A DNA stretch of 63,829 nucleotides, counting the filler, from Chiloscyllium plagiosum (Eukaryota), in the NCBI RefSeq assembly GCF_004010195.1. It is 7 parts of one record of this genome, joined end to end, with 100 filler letters (N's around TTAATTAATTAA, not from the genome) between each part and the next. Parts side by side here need not be neighbours in the genome. Positions count along the whole stretch, not along the records: positions 1 to 13,566 come from NC_057712.1; 6 more parts are not named here. One strand, given 5' to 3'. The notes under the pieces were generated by a model, which saw nothing but the letters and a program-made list of their open reading frames with translations, was not told where the DNA came from and did not search any database. This document shows, piece after piece, positions 1-13,566 of this stretch; position 1 is the stretch's first letter; every line of letters begins with the position of its first letter. The position numbers and the translations under genes were made by a program.

Positions 1-230
1 CTCCCCCTCCCCCTTAAGAACCCGGAAAACACGATCAGAGACGTCACGTACCCTTGCACCTGGGAGGCAACATACCAAACGTGAGTGTCTCTCGCCCCCA
101 CAAAACCGCCTATCTGTTCCCCGAACTATCAAGTTCCCAATAACTATTGCTCTGCTCTTCTCCACCCTTCCCTTCTGAGCAACGGGGACAGGCTCCATCC
201 CAGAAGCCTGAACCCCATTGCTTACCCCTT
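1..230 (-). mobile_element. CR1 ORF1 fragment
   Basis: Homologous to ~35245-35510. Confidence 0.75.
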
Positions 231-1589
231 ATATATTCTACATATTTGTAATGCATGTGGAGAAGTGACAATGTAATTGCGGTTTTCACTGCAGTAAATA
301 ATTTTCTCAATTAAGACTTGTAGCCCAAAGTTATTTATCACAGTGAAAACAATTAGATTGTCATTTCAACTGGGTTTCTCAGTGGGTCCAGTTCATTTTA
401 ATGTAAATTATAAGTTACATGAAATGAGGAATTTGTGTCATAGCTCATTTGCTGCACACATCGATCAGTACAGAATGTGATTCCTTTAATTTTATTTATG
501 GGTCAAGCTTCATATTGGTCAAGTTAATATTTCTGGCTTGGACTTATTTGATGGGCTGATTTTTTAAAAATTCATTTATGAGATGATATCACTGACTAGG
601 CCAGCATTTATTGCCCATCCCTCACTACCTTCCTTCCCTCCTTTCCTTGTCACCTCTCCTCCCTCCCCCAATTCTCACCACCTCCTCTATCCCCTTCGCC
701 ACCTCCCTCTCTCCTTCCCACCCTCAACCTCCACATGCATTTTGAATCTCCATGCTCTCACTGCACACGCTTGCTGAGACTCACATATTCTTCAACTTGT
801 GCGGTCCGTTTCTTTGATCTTTGCTGTCTCTCATTTGACTTCCATGCTTATTAAGTTGGTACACTAATTATAAAGTCTGAATTTCTGGTTAAAGGTTACA
901 GCGACTGGTAGGAAAAAGATCATTCCTTTTAGGCTTCAGTTGCATTTCCTGCGGACAGCCTGCATTTTCCAGTTTAGTGACTTGTTCCTGTATTGTTCAC
1001 GTGGTCACACCAGCTGTTCAACTGCCTAAGAACCAATCAAGAGAGTTGTAATCATGCTAATTGCCTCAGGCATTGATAATTAGTCGCAATTGTACAACTG
1101 ATAAGTGCTCTTGTTGACCAAATCTCTTTCTACGCATGCACGGGAATGCCATGCCATTTTATCTCATCCAACCAATATTTGGAAAGTATAAGCATGAATC
1201 ACAATAAATTTCGGTAATGTATTTTGAAAATGCAGCAATTCTTTCCACAGTTCTAGCTTTTAAAACTTGGCTCTATCCTTACGAAATGTCATTTCAAAAA
1301 TGTTTCACTGCTGGATATATGATAAATAACAAAACACAAGATTTAAATCCATTTTTCTGTTTTTTTCTGATGTCCTATGGCTTTGAAGAACTATTAAGTC
1401 AAAGGTGCTGTTCTGCTTCTGCATTCAGTTTTCCTTCCATCATATATATAAATCTTAACCGTGTCTATCGATCATTTTCTATGTTCCCATATTCCCTGCC
1501 AATTTTATGTGTGCTCAGAATATCATCTCAATATCTGGGTAGTAGAACTATTTGAAGAGCAATTCATCATTCATTCTGCATTTTCAATA

Positions 1590-2070
1590 TAAGGCTCTGG
1601 ATGAGTGCAGTTCCAACAATATTCAAAAAGCTTGACATCATCCAGGAAAAAGCAGCCTGATTGATTGGCAGCGCATCAAAGGCACCTACACCATCCACCA
1701 GAGATTCTATGAGATGCTGAATGGCAGCAATGTGTAGTATCTGCAAGTTCTCTGAAGAAATTCACCAAAGATCCTTAGACACCCCCTTCCAAGTCCACAA
1801 CCACAACCACCTCAAAGAACAAGGGCTTCAGATACCTGCAGGTTCCCATCCAAGCTGTTCACCATCCTGACTTGGAAATATCTCGTTGTTCCCTCACTGT
1901 TGTTGGGTCAAAATCTGGAATTCCCTCCTTAAGGGCATTATCGCTCTACCCCCAGCACATGGACTGCAGAGATTCAAGAAGGCAGCTCACCACTACCTTC
2001 TGAAGACCAACTAGGCACAGGCAATAAATGCTGGCCAACCAGCAACACCCATGTCCCACAGGTAAACAAA
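1590..2070 (+). mobile_element. 3' end of an old LINE (CR1/L2-like); related pieces at ~580-625 and ~27760-27920 (-)
   Basis: Shared ...ggcaataaatgctggcc... terminus seen in both orientations in the window. Confidence 0.55.
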
Positions 2071-2429
2071 AACAATAGTTACTTGTTTTTAAAATGTGTA
2101 GCAATCAGTCCCCAGTCCTTGGTTTTAAAACAGAATGTTTCCCATTTCAGTGCACAATCAAAAATACAGCAAAGTAGAGACATGCTGTTTTTACACCAGC
2201 CTGAGTGCTCTTGTTCTTTTCAAATTTTGGTTTATCCTCTCTTCATCCTCGGCCTCAATCTCATGTCAACTTCACCTTTTTTATCTTGTCAACCTAAGCT
2301 TTCTTTCCCTCATCAACTTCAACTGGTTTTCTGGTCAGCATCAGCCTTTTTTTTTCTGTCCAGCCTCTGGTCTCTGTCTACAAACTCTGACATCTCTCTT
2401 CACCCTCCTTTCCTACCTCTTTAATCTAC

Positions 2430-2450
2430 TCTCTCTCTCTCTCTCTCTCT
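2430..2450 (+). repeat. (CT)n microsatellite
   Basis: Direct inspection. Confidence 0.9.
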
Positions 2451-2649
2451 AACCTCTCTGTTCTTTTTACTTATTAAATTCCCCATACTCCAACTTCTGT
2501 TTGCATCTGTCTCAATCCTCATTCCCTCTATTCAAATCCTGCTCACAATATGTTGAAGCCATGTTTGTGCTCTCTGTTTAACCTTAAACTAAGGACTCTA
2601 CCTACAAGCTGTTGTCTCCAGTTCTATTCTCTTTCTCTTTGCATCTTAA

Positions 2650-3150
2650 CTCTGAACAGGATGCTTCAAAAATATTATTCCACAACTGTGGAACTGATGG
2701 GGTTTCAACTCTGGTCTTGGCTCAGAGCATGGACACTACCACCACACCACACAGGCTGTCTAACAGATGCTCTTTTTTTCAACCTATTTTTCTAATCAAC
2801 CTGTTCAGACATGTTATTATGTACCTGTGGAGCAGATGGGACTTGAACCCAGGCGTTCCTGTCCAGGTGTAGGAACACTATCACTGTGCCACAAGAGCCC
2901 TCCAAAACTATTTAATTTCTTTTAATTAAACCTATTTTTCCAAACAATCTATTCAGAGATGTTATTACAATCTCTAGAGCAGGTCGGACTTCAACCTCAG
3001 TGTCTTGGCTCAGAGATGGGGAGACAACCGCTGCACCACAAAATCCATCTAACAGATGCCTTATTTATTATTAAATCCAGAGCCCAAATAGAGTTTAGTC
3101 TGCTTTTCATTCATTTTCGAACAAACCTGCTCATAGATGTTATACATCCA
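2650..3150 (-). repeat. Tandem array of 3-4 diverged ~130-150-bp tRNA-derived units
   Basis: Unit 2 (-): ggctcttgTGGCACAGTGAtag...ctgGGTTCAAGTCCcatctgctc; recurring aacctattttt...ttcagaNatgttatta. Confidence 0.7.
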
Positions 3151-3739
3151 AATGTGGTTGAAGGGGGAAATAAAGCACTGCATCCCCCACATGCCCATTT
3201 ATCTCAAGTCATCAAGAGCATTGACACCCGGGCTCGAATGTAACTGTCGAGGGGTGGGGGAGGGGGTGCGGAGGTAGTTGGCAGAGACAACCCCCAGCCA
3301 CAGCCTGCTGCCTTGACCAGTTTACAGCCAACATGGCTAGGCCCAGGAACAGACCCATGAGGAGGTCCTCCGATCTGCCCACATTCCTCCACAGTGGGTG
3401 CCCAAAAATCAGGAGTGTGGAGCTGAAGTGCAACCAACGACACAACAAAAGATTTCTCAAGTAACTGAAAAGTACAGAATGTCATGTTGCAGCTGTACAG
3501 GACATTGGTTAGGCAACTCTTTGGATACTGTATTCAACTCTGGTCTCCCTGCTACAGGAAATATTCAACTGCAAAGGATTCAGAAGGGATATACAAGGAT
3601 GTTGCTGGTCTTGGAGGATTTGAGCTATAGGGAGAGGCTGGGGCTATTTTCCCTGGAGCATTGACAGTAAGCAGTGACCTTTTAGAAGTTTAGGCAGAGG
3701 AATGTACAGGAGCCAGGGATGTAATGAATGGTAACCAAT

Positions 3740-3864
3740 TCCTGAAGAAGGGCTTATGCCCGAAATGTCGATTCTCCTGCTCCTTGAATGCTGCCTGACC
3801 TGCGCTTTTCCAGCAACACATTTTTCAGCTCTGATCTCCAGCATCTGCAGTGCTCACTTTCTCC
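3740..3864 (+). mobile_element. Solo ~125-bp PLE terminal fragment starting at the hammerhead motif
   Basis: Same sequence as the PLE 3' end at 41079-41170; TSD TAACCAAT at 3732-3739 and 3865-3872. Confidence 0.85.
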
Positions 3865-4425
3865 TAACCAATATCTGCATAGTCCACAGACTCCACAGCA
3901 CCACAATATGCACCTCATAACCTTATAGTTTCCATTGATGAAGTTACTGTAATATGTTAGTGTTGACCCTTCCCTTCAAAACAATAATTTTTAAAAAATG
4001 TTTGATGCATCTCTGGCTGATTGATTTGACAGGTGTTCCATCCACTGAGGGAAAATTTCAGAAGTATCAAATTATGCTGGTCTTGGAGGATTTGAGCTAT
4101 AGGGAGAGGCGGGGGACTATTTCCCTTGGAGCATTGGCGGTAAGGGGTCACCTTATAGAAGTTTAGACAGAGGAATGTACTGATACCTGGGGTGTAATGA
4201 ACGGTAGTTTAAAAACCACAGCAATTCATAAGGGGCATGGATAGTGCGAGTACTTTTTTCCCAAGGTAGGGGAGTTCAAAATTGAAGTATGAGGGAAAAG
4301 ATTTAAAAAGGACCTATCAGACAACTTTTTTTCACAGAGGATGCTGCATGTTTGGAATGAGCTGCCAGAGAAAGAGGAGGTGGAGGCTGATGTAATTAAA
4401 CATTTGAAAGGCATCTGGATGGGTA

Positions 4426-4734
4426 GATTAGATTAGATTACTTTACAGTGTGGAAACAGGCCCTTCGGCCCAACAAGTCCACACCGACCCGCCGAAGCGT
4501 AACCCACCCATACCCCTACATTTACCCCTAACCTAACACTACGGGCAATTTTAGCATGACCAATTCACCTGACCTGCACATCTTTGGACTGTGGGAGGAA
4601 ACCGGAGCACACCCACGCAGACACGGGGAGAACGTGCAAACTCCACACAGTCAGTCGCCTGAGACGGGAATTGAACCCAGGTCTCTGGCGCTGCGAGGCA
4701 GCAGTGCTAACCACTGTGCCACCGTGCCGCCCAC
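4426..4734 (-). mobile_element. tRNA-derived V-SINE (HE1-like)
   Basis: A box TGGCACAGTGG, B box GGTTCAATTCC, central conserved domain, (TCTAA)n tail. Confidence 0.9.
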
Positions 4735-6629
4735 ATAAATAGGTTTAGAGGGATATGAGCCAAATACAGGAAAATGAGACTCGATTTATTTAGGATATCT
4801 GTTTCGGAGTGAAGGGTCTGTTTTCATGCTGTACAACTCTATGACTTTAAATGTGTAACTTTTTAAGGCTAGAATGGATGATTCTTCTACCTTCCTGAAA
4901 TACATTATGGTTTAAGTTACCTGAGGATCTGCAAATGAGAAACAATGATTTGGTGATAGTATGGAGCCACTATAATTTGGAGAAAGAGTTTATTCTAATT
5001 ATATTTATTTTTAGATTAAAATTCACTACCTGTGCAGCTAGAAATTTTGTGGTGAGTAATGTTCCTGTCTCTTAACCAATACCTCTAGTTGGTGTGTGAC
5101 CCAGAACTTGATGGTCAAAGGAATTTGCATTTATAATGTAATTGAACAGATTAATTATCAACCTGCAAATCCATCCAAAACATATAGATAGCAGGCAGTA
5201 AAAGCAGAAGAGATTCCTGGTCAGCCATGTTACAGAAAAAGGTTAAGAGCCTCTACCACCAGTACCCCTGACTTCAGACAGCAGCATGCATGCAAATGTG
5301 CATGTTGCAACAAAAACTCCGAGTGTCTGGGTGAACTGTAATACACTGCCACAAATGCACCTAATTTGATCATGTGTTTACTTTTTCAACCTATCCAGCA
5401 ACTTCAAGAAACTGAAAGTGCTGTATCTAATAAGTTACAAACAAACACATTGAAGTGTGATGTAATTTGGTAGGCTATAATTATAAATGAAGAATACACA
5501 AAAATTGTATATGAATATTGAGGTTTGTGATAGTGCATGTTATCACATGCAAATTTTAATAATGTACAAGCAACCACTTTTGGTGTTGCATATGGGAAAC
5601 TCTGGTCACTTGTTATATTGAGATCAGCTAGTGTTATGGATTAAGGAGAAAAAATCTAGTCCTCACCTGGGAGAGGTGGAAGGGGAGATGTATGTAGGAT
5701 GCGAGGAGGGAGAGAAGGATGATTGGAAAATGTAAATTAGAATCGTCAGAGTGAGAACTTCAGCTCCTCAGATGGGGGAAAGAACAAAAGGGAAGTGAGC
5801 AAGGAAAGAGACAATGAGTTGAACAGGGACAGGACTCCCTGAGTTGAACTTTGTCCAGTGAGAAGAGGAAGAAAGTTAATATGGCATTCTTGCTGTTCAA
5901 TAATAGCCTTTATTCAATAATTGCCATGATATTCAAGAGGATAGTCGAGCAAGAGGAACTTTCAGAAATAAGGAAAATCAATGTCATGGGGTTTTGAAAA
6001 CCAAGAAAAGAATTTTAAAATGAAGGTATTGCTTAACTAGGTATAATGTAGGTGAATTATTACAGAGTGAATGCAATTGCTGCACAGAAAACAAGCATAA
6101 ATGAATGAATGGCCTTCTATGTTGTAAATTACTCTGACTTTAATTCTTGCTATGGATCAAATTTGCTTGTTCTATATAGTGAAGAAGTGTTTTAATTACA
6201 TTCAGTTATTTCATAAAATGAACAGTGTGAAGTGATGGACAATCATTTTGCACAATCAGGAAGGAGAGATCCTATCCAGAGTGAGTCACAGCCTGAGTGA
6301 GTGTACAGTTCCGAGAATTTGGAGGCAGCGTGAACATTTGGTGCAGAGACACAGAGGTGCTTTTCCCTTGCTTTTTTTTTGTCTCGTAGTTTGTAAGGAT
6401 TTTTTTGTTAAACAGGATAAATTGAAGCCTATGTTCAGTGGCCCAGCAAAAAACAGGAAAATCATAGGTAAACCCTAAGTTCATTGGTTGGTGATAGCTA
6501 TTAATTTGACTCTTTATTATAGGTATCTTTCAGGTTAAAGGTAAATATTGAAAATATGTACAGGCTGCAAACTAAAATACCAGTACAAAATTATTAAAAG
6601 TCAAATTAAGAGCTATGTAATTAAAATAG

Positions 6630-8700
6630 AAATATTTGGCCAGACGATGTGTTGCACCTGCATGATGTGAGAGCACTTTGTGGTTCATTCTGCTCAAACG
6701 TGTAGCAAGTGTTGGTTGCTTGAGGAATTCCAACTCAGAGCTGCTTACCTGGAATCTGAGCTTCGAGCACAGCAACACATAAGGGAAAGGGAGAGTTATC
6801 TGGACGCTGTGTTTCAGGAAACAGTCGCACCCCTTAGATTGACTACTTTGAATTTGGTTAGTGGTCAGGAATGGGAGGTGTGACTGTAAGAGGCAGGTAG
6901 AGGGACCCAGGTGGTAGTGCTGAAAGACCCTCAGCTCTTGAACTTATCTAACAGATTTGAGATTCTTGCACCTGTATAAATGAGAGTGGAGGCTGTAGGA
7001 AGGATGAGCAAACTGATCGTAGCACCATGGTACAGTGGGGAAAGAGAAATGTAGAGATGGGGATACTACTGTCACTGTTCTCTGTGACCAGGATTGAGAG
7101 TGCTGAGGCTGTGTTGTCTGTCTGGTGCCGGGTCCAGGGTTTCTCATCTGGTCTCAGAGGAACTTGGAGTGCAAGGAGAAAGATCCAATAGCTACCAATG
7201 AAATAGGTAGAAAGAGGAAAGATGCTGTACTGGGGGAATATGAGCAGCTAGAGTCTAAATTGAAAGGGTGGAACCAAAGGTAATTATCTCCAGATTGCTA
7301 CCTGAGTCACAAGCAAGTTGGCGCAAGGTCAATACTATTAAGAGTGAAATGGGAGAAATGGGTATTGAATTCATGGGACATTGACTGGGAAGCATGGGAG
7401 CTGTTCCAATGGGACAGGCTGAACCTGAATCATGCTGGGAATCCTGGCAAAATGCATAACTAGGTATGTGGATAGGGCTTTAAACTAAACAGTAGCTGGG
7501 AGGGTGGTTTCAGTTACATGGAAAATTATGGGAAAAGTTTGGAGGTGAGGGCTCAGAGTTTATTAAACTTTCCAGAACAAATAATAGGACATAGAGTATG
7601 GAAGATGTCAGGAATCTAACATCACACACAATAGGTGAGGGGGTAGCCATGAGTAGGGGGGGACAGTCAATACAGAACTGAGGGTGTTGTGCTTAAATGC
7701 ACACAATATACAAAATAAGATTAATGAGCATGAACAGAAGGAAATTGACAGGTATGATGTTGTGGACATCACAGAGACATGGCTGCAAGGGCATCAGTGT
7801 TGCGAACTAAATGTTTAAGAATGCACCTCTTACCAAAAGGACTGGCAGATAGGCAGTAGGGCAGGGTTGCCTTGTTAGGAAAAAATGAAATTAAACTGAT
7901 AGCAAGAAGTGAAATAGGATTGGAAGGTGTAGTTTCTGCGTGGGTAGACTTGAGGAACTGCAAAGGAAGAAAATACCATGATGAGTGTTATCTACAAGCC
8001 TCCTAGTAGTAATTCAGGGGTGGGGAAGGAGGTATAAAAGGTATATACGAAGACATATAATCTCTATTCCAATAATCAAATGCAAGTGGAATGGGAAAAT
8101 CATGTTGGTAGTGAATCTCAAGAAAATAAATTTGTGGAATGTCAAAATAGTTTTTGGAAACGCGTGTACTGAAGAGTAGAGCACATGAGGGATCTGTTTA
8201 TGTGTAATGAGGCAGCCTTGATTAGGAAGCTTAAGGTGAAGGAAACCCAAAGGGCAGTGACCATATTATGATAGATATCAACCTTCAGTTTGAGAGGGCG
8301 AATGGAATCAGATGTAACAGTATTACAATTGAGTAAAAGTAAATACAAAGACATGAGGGAGGAACTGGTCAGAGTTGATTTGCTGGGGGCAACAGGGAAG
8401 ACGATGGTGCATCAATAGCCAGAGTCTCTGGGGTAATTCGGGGGATATAACAGAAATTCACCCTAAGAAAGATGAAGCGTGCTCAGGGGAAGACAAGATA
8501 ACCATGACTAACTGGGGAAGTCAGAGACAGCATAAAAACAAAAGGAAAAGCAGACAATATGACAACAATTTGCGGGAAGCGTTAAAAATAAACAGCAGAG
8601 GGTAACTAAAAAACCAATAAAGATTGAGAAGATGAAATATGAGAGTAAGCTAACCAGTAATATAAGATTGCAAGAGTTTTTAAATATCTATAAGGTAAGA
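6630..8700 (+). mobile_element. Decayed CR1 5' half (ORF1 zinc finger/leucine zipper/esterase and APE endonuclease)
   Basis: CSKCWLLEEFQLRAAYLESEL; ITETWLQG remnants. Confidence 0.75.
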
Positions 8701-9079
8701 TATAGGCAAGAAATAAATTAATTGATATCACGAAGATTCATAAATTGCTTCTGAGAATTTTATTTAGAGAAGAAGCCAGAAGGACATGGGCAACTTGGGA
8801 CATATGTGAATACCACCTGCACAAATAGCTCCCAAACCACCAGACCTTGAAGATAATTGTGCTCTTATATATATGCAGTCCTCGTCTTTCTGAGTTGTGA
8901 GAATTTGGATTTGCGGGATGTTGAAAAAGTTGTTGTGGTGCTTCCTATAGTTTGCACGCACTTTGTAAAACTTTCCATCTCTTGTCAGATATCACATTTT
9001 TTCTTCATCAAAGCATTGCTTTATCAAATGATATCAAATTGCCATTTGTTACAGCAGAGCAAGATCTATTCCTCTTTCA

Positions 9080-11800
9080 AGCATGATTAAGTTTCTTGAA
9101 GTGATGACAAAGAAGATTGAAGGCAGAATGGTAGATATTGTTTATATTGTCTATAGGCTCATTCAGAAATTTAGGAGGTATGGGATACAGGGAAATTTGA
9201 CTGGATACAGAATTAGCTAGCTGAAAGAAGATCACGAATGGTAGTGGATGGAAAATATTCTGGCTAGAGTTTGGTGACCAGTGGTGTCCCACAGGGATCT
9301 GTTATTGGGCCTCTGGTCTACGTAGATTTTATAAATGACTTGGATAAGGAAGTGAAAGGGTGAGCTAATGAGTTTGCCAATGACACAAAGGTTGGTGGTG
9401 TTGTAGATAGTATTGGGGACTGTTGCAAGCTACAAGACATAACAGGATGCAATCCTGGGCTGAGTAGTGGCAGATGAAGTTCAACCTGGATAAATGTGAA
9501 TGATTCATTTTGTAAGATCGAATTTGAATGCTGGCTACTTGGTTAAAGACAGGATTCTTGGCAGTGTGAAGGAACAATGGCATCTTGGTTTCCACATATA
9601 TAGATCCCTCAAAGTTGCCATCCAAGTTGTTAGAAAGGCATATGGTGTTTTGGCTATTATTAAGAGGGGGATTGAGTTTAAGAGCTACAATGTTTTCCTC
9701 CAGCTCTACAAAACCCTAGTTACATTGTATTTGGAATATTGTGTCCAGTTCCGGTCACCTCATTATAGGAAGGATGTAAATGCTTTAGAGAGGATGCAGA
9801 GGAGATTTACCAGGATGCTGTCTGGATTGGAGAGTTTGTCTTATGAAGAGTGAGCTAGGGTTTTTCACACTGGAGAGAAGAAGGGAGAGAAGTGACTTGA
9901 TAGAGGTGTACAAGGTAATGAGAGGCATAGATTAGATTAGATTAGATTAGATTAGATTAGATTACTTACAGTGTGGAAACAGGCCCTTCGGCCCAACAAG
10001 TCCACACCGCCCCGCCAAAGCGCAACCCACCCATACCCCTGCATTTACCCCTTACCTAACACTACAGGCAATTTAGCATGGGCAATTTACCTGACCTGCA
10101 CATCTTTGGACTGTGGGAGGAAACCAGAGCACCCGGAGGAAACCCACGCAGACACAGGGAGAACGTGCAAACTCCACATGGTCAGTCGCCTGAGGCGGGA
10201 ATTGAACCCGGGTCTCTGGTGCTGTGAGGCAGCAGTGCTAACCACTGTGCCACCATGCCGCCCACAATAGAGTAGATAGACAGAGATTTCTCCCCAGGGC
10301 AGAAGTGGCTGTCACAAGGAGTCGCCATTTTAAGGTGATTGAAGGAAGGTTTAGGAGAGATGTCAGAGGTAGGTTCTTTATGCAGAGAGTGGTGGGTGCA
10401 TGGAATGTATGGTCAACGGTGGTAATAGAGTCAGAGACATTAGGGACATTTGAGCAACTGCTGGACAAGCACAGGGACAGCAGTAAATTGAGGGGTATGT
10501 AGGTTAGGTTGATTTTAGATTAAGATAAGTGCTCAGCACAACATTGTGGGCCGAAGGGCCTGTACATTGCTGTAATGTTCTATGTTTTAATTCTGGTCAC
10601 CCTTCTCTAGGAGGGATGTTGTTAAACTTCAGAGAGTGCAGAAAAGATTTACAAGGTTGTTCCTGGGACTAGAAGGTTTGTTTTATAGAGAGAGGCTGAA
10701 TAGGCTGTGACTTTTTTTCCCCTGAGGTTTTCTAGGCGAAGATGAAAAGAGTGAATAGCCAAGATCTTTCCCCTTGGATAGGGGTGTCCAAAACTAGAAA
10801 GGTTTATGTGAGAGGGGAAAGATTTAAAAAGGACCTGAGGGTTAGCTTTTTCATGTAGAAGGTGGTGCATGCATGGAATGCTGGAGGAAGTGGTGGAAAC
10901 GGTAAAATTATGGCATTTAAAAAGCATACGGGTATATGAATAAGAAGGGTTTACTCTGATATGGACCAAATGCTGGCAAATGGTACTAGGTCAGATTGGG
11001 ATGTCTGCTTGGCACGGAAGAGTTGGACGGAAGGTTCTGTTTCTATGCTGTATGTCTCAATTACTCTAAGACACTAGTGGGCATTGCACCAGTAGAAAAT
11101 GAAGCTGTAGAAGTAGTAATGGGAAACAAAGAAATTGCAAAGAAACTGAATAGGTTCTTTGCATCAGTTTTTACTATAGAGGACACCAGCAACATACCAG
11201 AACATCAAAAGAGTCAGGGGTTAGTGGTGAGTGTAGTAGCCATCACTAGGGAGAATGTGCTGGGGACTGAAAGGCCTGAAGGTGGATAGATCACCCAAGA
11301 GTTCAGAAGGAGACAGCTGAGGAGATTGTAGAGGCATTGGTGGTGATCTTTCTGGAATCACAAGTCAGGAAATATCCTAGACGACTGGAAAACGGGTAAC
11401 AGCACCCCTGTTCAAAAAGAGAGGGAGCAAAAGACTGGAAACAATAGGTCGGTTGGGCCTGACCTCTGTGATTGGTAAGATTTTAGAGTCCATTTCTAAT
11501 GATGGGATTGCAGAGCACTTGGATGTGCATGGTAAAGTAGGGCTAAGTCAGCATGGCTTTGTCAAGGGGAGGTCTTGCCTAACAAATTTGTTAGAATTGT
11601 TTGTTAGAGCGTTATAAATCAGTGCAATCAAGTTAAACAAAGGAGAGCCAATGGATATGATTTCTTTGGATTTCCATGTGGCCTTTGAGAAAGAGTCACA
11701 CAGGAGGCTGCTAAATAAGAGGAGTCTATGATTTTAGGGGTAAGATGCTGGCATGGAACAGAGGATTGGCTGACTGACAGAAGGCAGAGAGGAGGGATCA
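9080..11800 (+). mobile_element. Cluster of CR1 RT/3' fragments
   Basis: ORFs 9500..9853, 10305..10502 and 10996..11289 with LEYCVQF...LERMQRRFTRM. Confidence 0.85.
9929..10265 (-). mobile_element. HE1-like SINE with an expanded (TTAGA)n tail, nested in CR1
   Basis: Same consensus as 4426-4734. Confidence 0.9.
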
Positions 11801-12724
11801 GAATGGGACTATTTGGCGCCGATCAGTTGGCCCCGCCGATTTGGCTCTAAACTGTTTTGGCGCTCATTACTTTGGCGCTGAGCTGTTTTGGCACCAATTC
11901 AGAATTTTAAAATAAGTCTTGTAGAGCCCGTAAGAAATTTGTTTTCATTGCATTGTAAAAAATAAATCTAATTCTTCTTTTTAATAGATATTTTTATTAG
12001 AAATTTAACATTTTTACAAGTTTACAAAAATAAACAAAACTCTCAGATATAAACATTGATATACAATTAGCTCAAATATACAATAGCCAAAATTTAACAA
12101 GAAAACAAAAAAAAACGAAAAAGAAGAAAAAAAAACAAACAAAACTCAACTATCTACTAATCTAACCTACAACTAACCAGAGTGTATATTTAAGTCTCTT
12201 ACATGCTCGGAATGTGTTAACATCAGATGTAATAAAACCCGTATTTGGTGGGATTCCTCCCCCGAGGGGCCCCGGACCAGCCAGGTTTGTAATCTCAATT
12301 AAATAAGAGCCCTTGTTAGGATAGCCGAAATATCTGTATTTATGTAATTCAAGAAGGGCTGCCATATTTTATAAAATAATTCGGTCTTTCGGTGCACCAT
12401 ATTTGTAAGGAAGTCAAGGGGAATACATTCCATAATTAATCTGTGCCAATTTGAAAGTCAGCTGCCCAGTTCACCAAAATATTTTTCCTTGCACAGAAAG
12501 AAAGAAATAGAATAGAAAATAGTCTCTTCCCGTACGTGTCCAGGGAGGGAAAGTTCGAAAAGCCCAAGAGGAGAGATACAGGGTCCCCCTTAATTTCCGT
12601 TCCTAAAATTTCTGTCAGGGTACTTGCTACTTTAGTCCAATATCTACGGATCTTATGACAGGTCCATAAGCAATGTACAAGAGTGCCCACCTCTATTTTG
12701 CATTTAGGACACGTTGGAGATGCT

Positions 12725-13566
12725 CCGCAAGTAGGCGGCCTGTCTCCCCAATATAGAGGAGGCCACACCGGCTGCAGTGGATGCAGTAGATGATGTGGGT
12801 GGAGGTGCAGGTGAATCTGTGGCGGATATGGAAGTTTCCTTTGGGGCCTTGGAGAGAAGTGAGGGGGGAGGTGTGGGCGCAAGTGTTGCACCTCCTGCGG
12901 TTGCAAGGGAAGGTGCCGGGAGTGGAGGTTGGGTCCCTACTCCCCTTTTTGAACAAGGGAACCACATTTGCTATCCTCCAGTCTTCTGGCACTACTCCTG
13001 TAGACAAAGAGGACATAAAAATCAAGGCCAATGGCTCTGCAATCTCCTCCCTTGCTTCCCAGAGAATCCTAGGATAAATGCCATCAGGCCCAGGGGACTT
13101 ATCTATTTTCACCTTTTCCAGGATTTCCAACACCTCTTCTCTACATACCTCAAAGCCATCCATTCTACTTAATTGTGACTCAGTACTCACATTGACAACA
13201 ATATCCTGTTCCTGATTGAATACTGACGAAAAGTATTCATTCAGTGTCTCCCCAATCTCTTCAGCCTCCACACGCAACTTCCCACTACTATCCTTGACTG
13301 GACCTATTCCTACCCTAGTCATTCTTTTATTCCTAACATACCTATAGAAAGCCTTAGGGTTTTCCCTAATCCTACCAACTAAGGACCTTTCATGTACCCT
13401 CCTTGCTGCTCTTAGCTCTCTCTTCAGGTCCTTCCTGGCTACCTTATAACTCTCAATCGCCCCAATTGAACCTTCACGCCTCATCTTTACATAGGCCGCC
13501 CTCTTCCATCTAACAAGGGATTCCAATTCCTTATTAAACCACGGCTCCCTCACACGACCCTCTCCT
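12725..13566 (-). mobile_element. CR1 RT fragment (~12933-13566) joined to a PLE GIY-YIG fragment (~12725-12933)
   Basis: ORF 12693..13553: KSPGPDGIYPRIL...[13 protein letters not shown] then CNRRRCNTC...IIYCIHC...LYIGETGR. Confidence 0.85.

Larger units (their letters stand above)
3480..4850 (+). mobile_element. CR1 3' fragments with nested PLE piece and SINE
   Basis: RML..LEDLSYRERL motif twice; CR1 3' tail. Confidence 0.75.

Noticed and set aside
4660..4734. tRNA-like heads of SINEs as tRNA genes
   Set aside because: They continue into SINE body and tail; no complete cloverleaf
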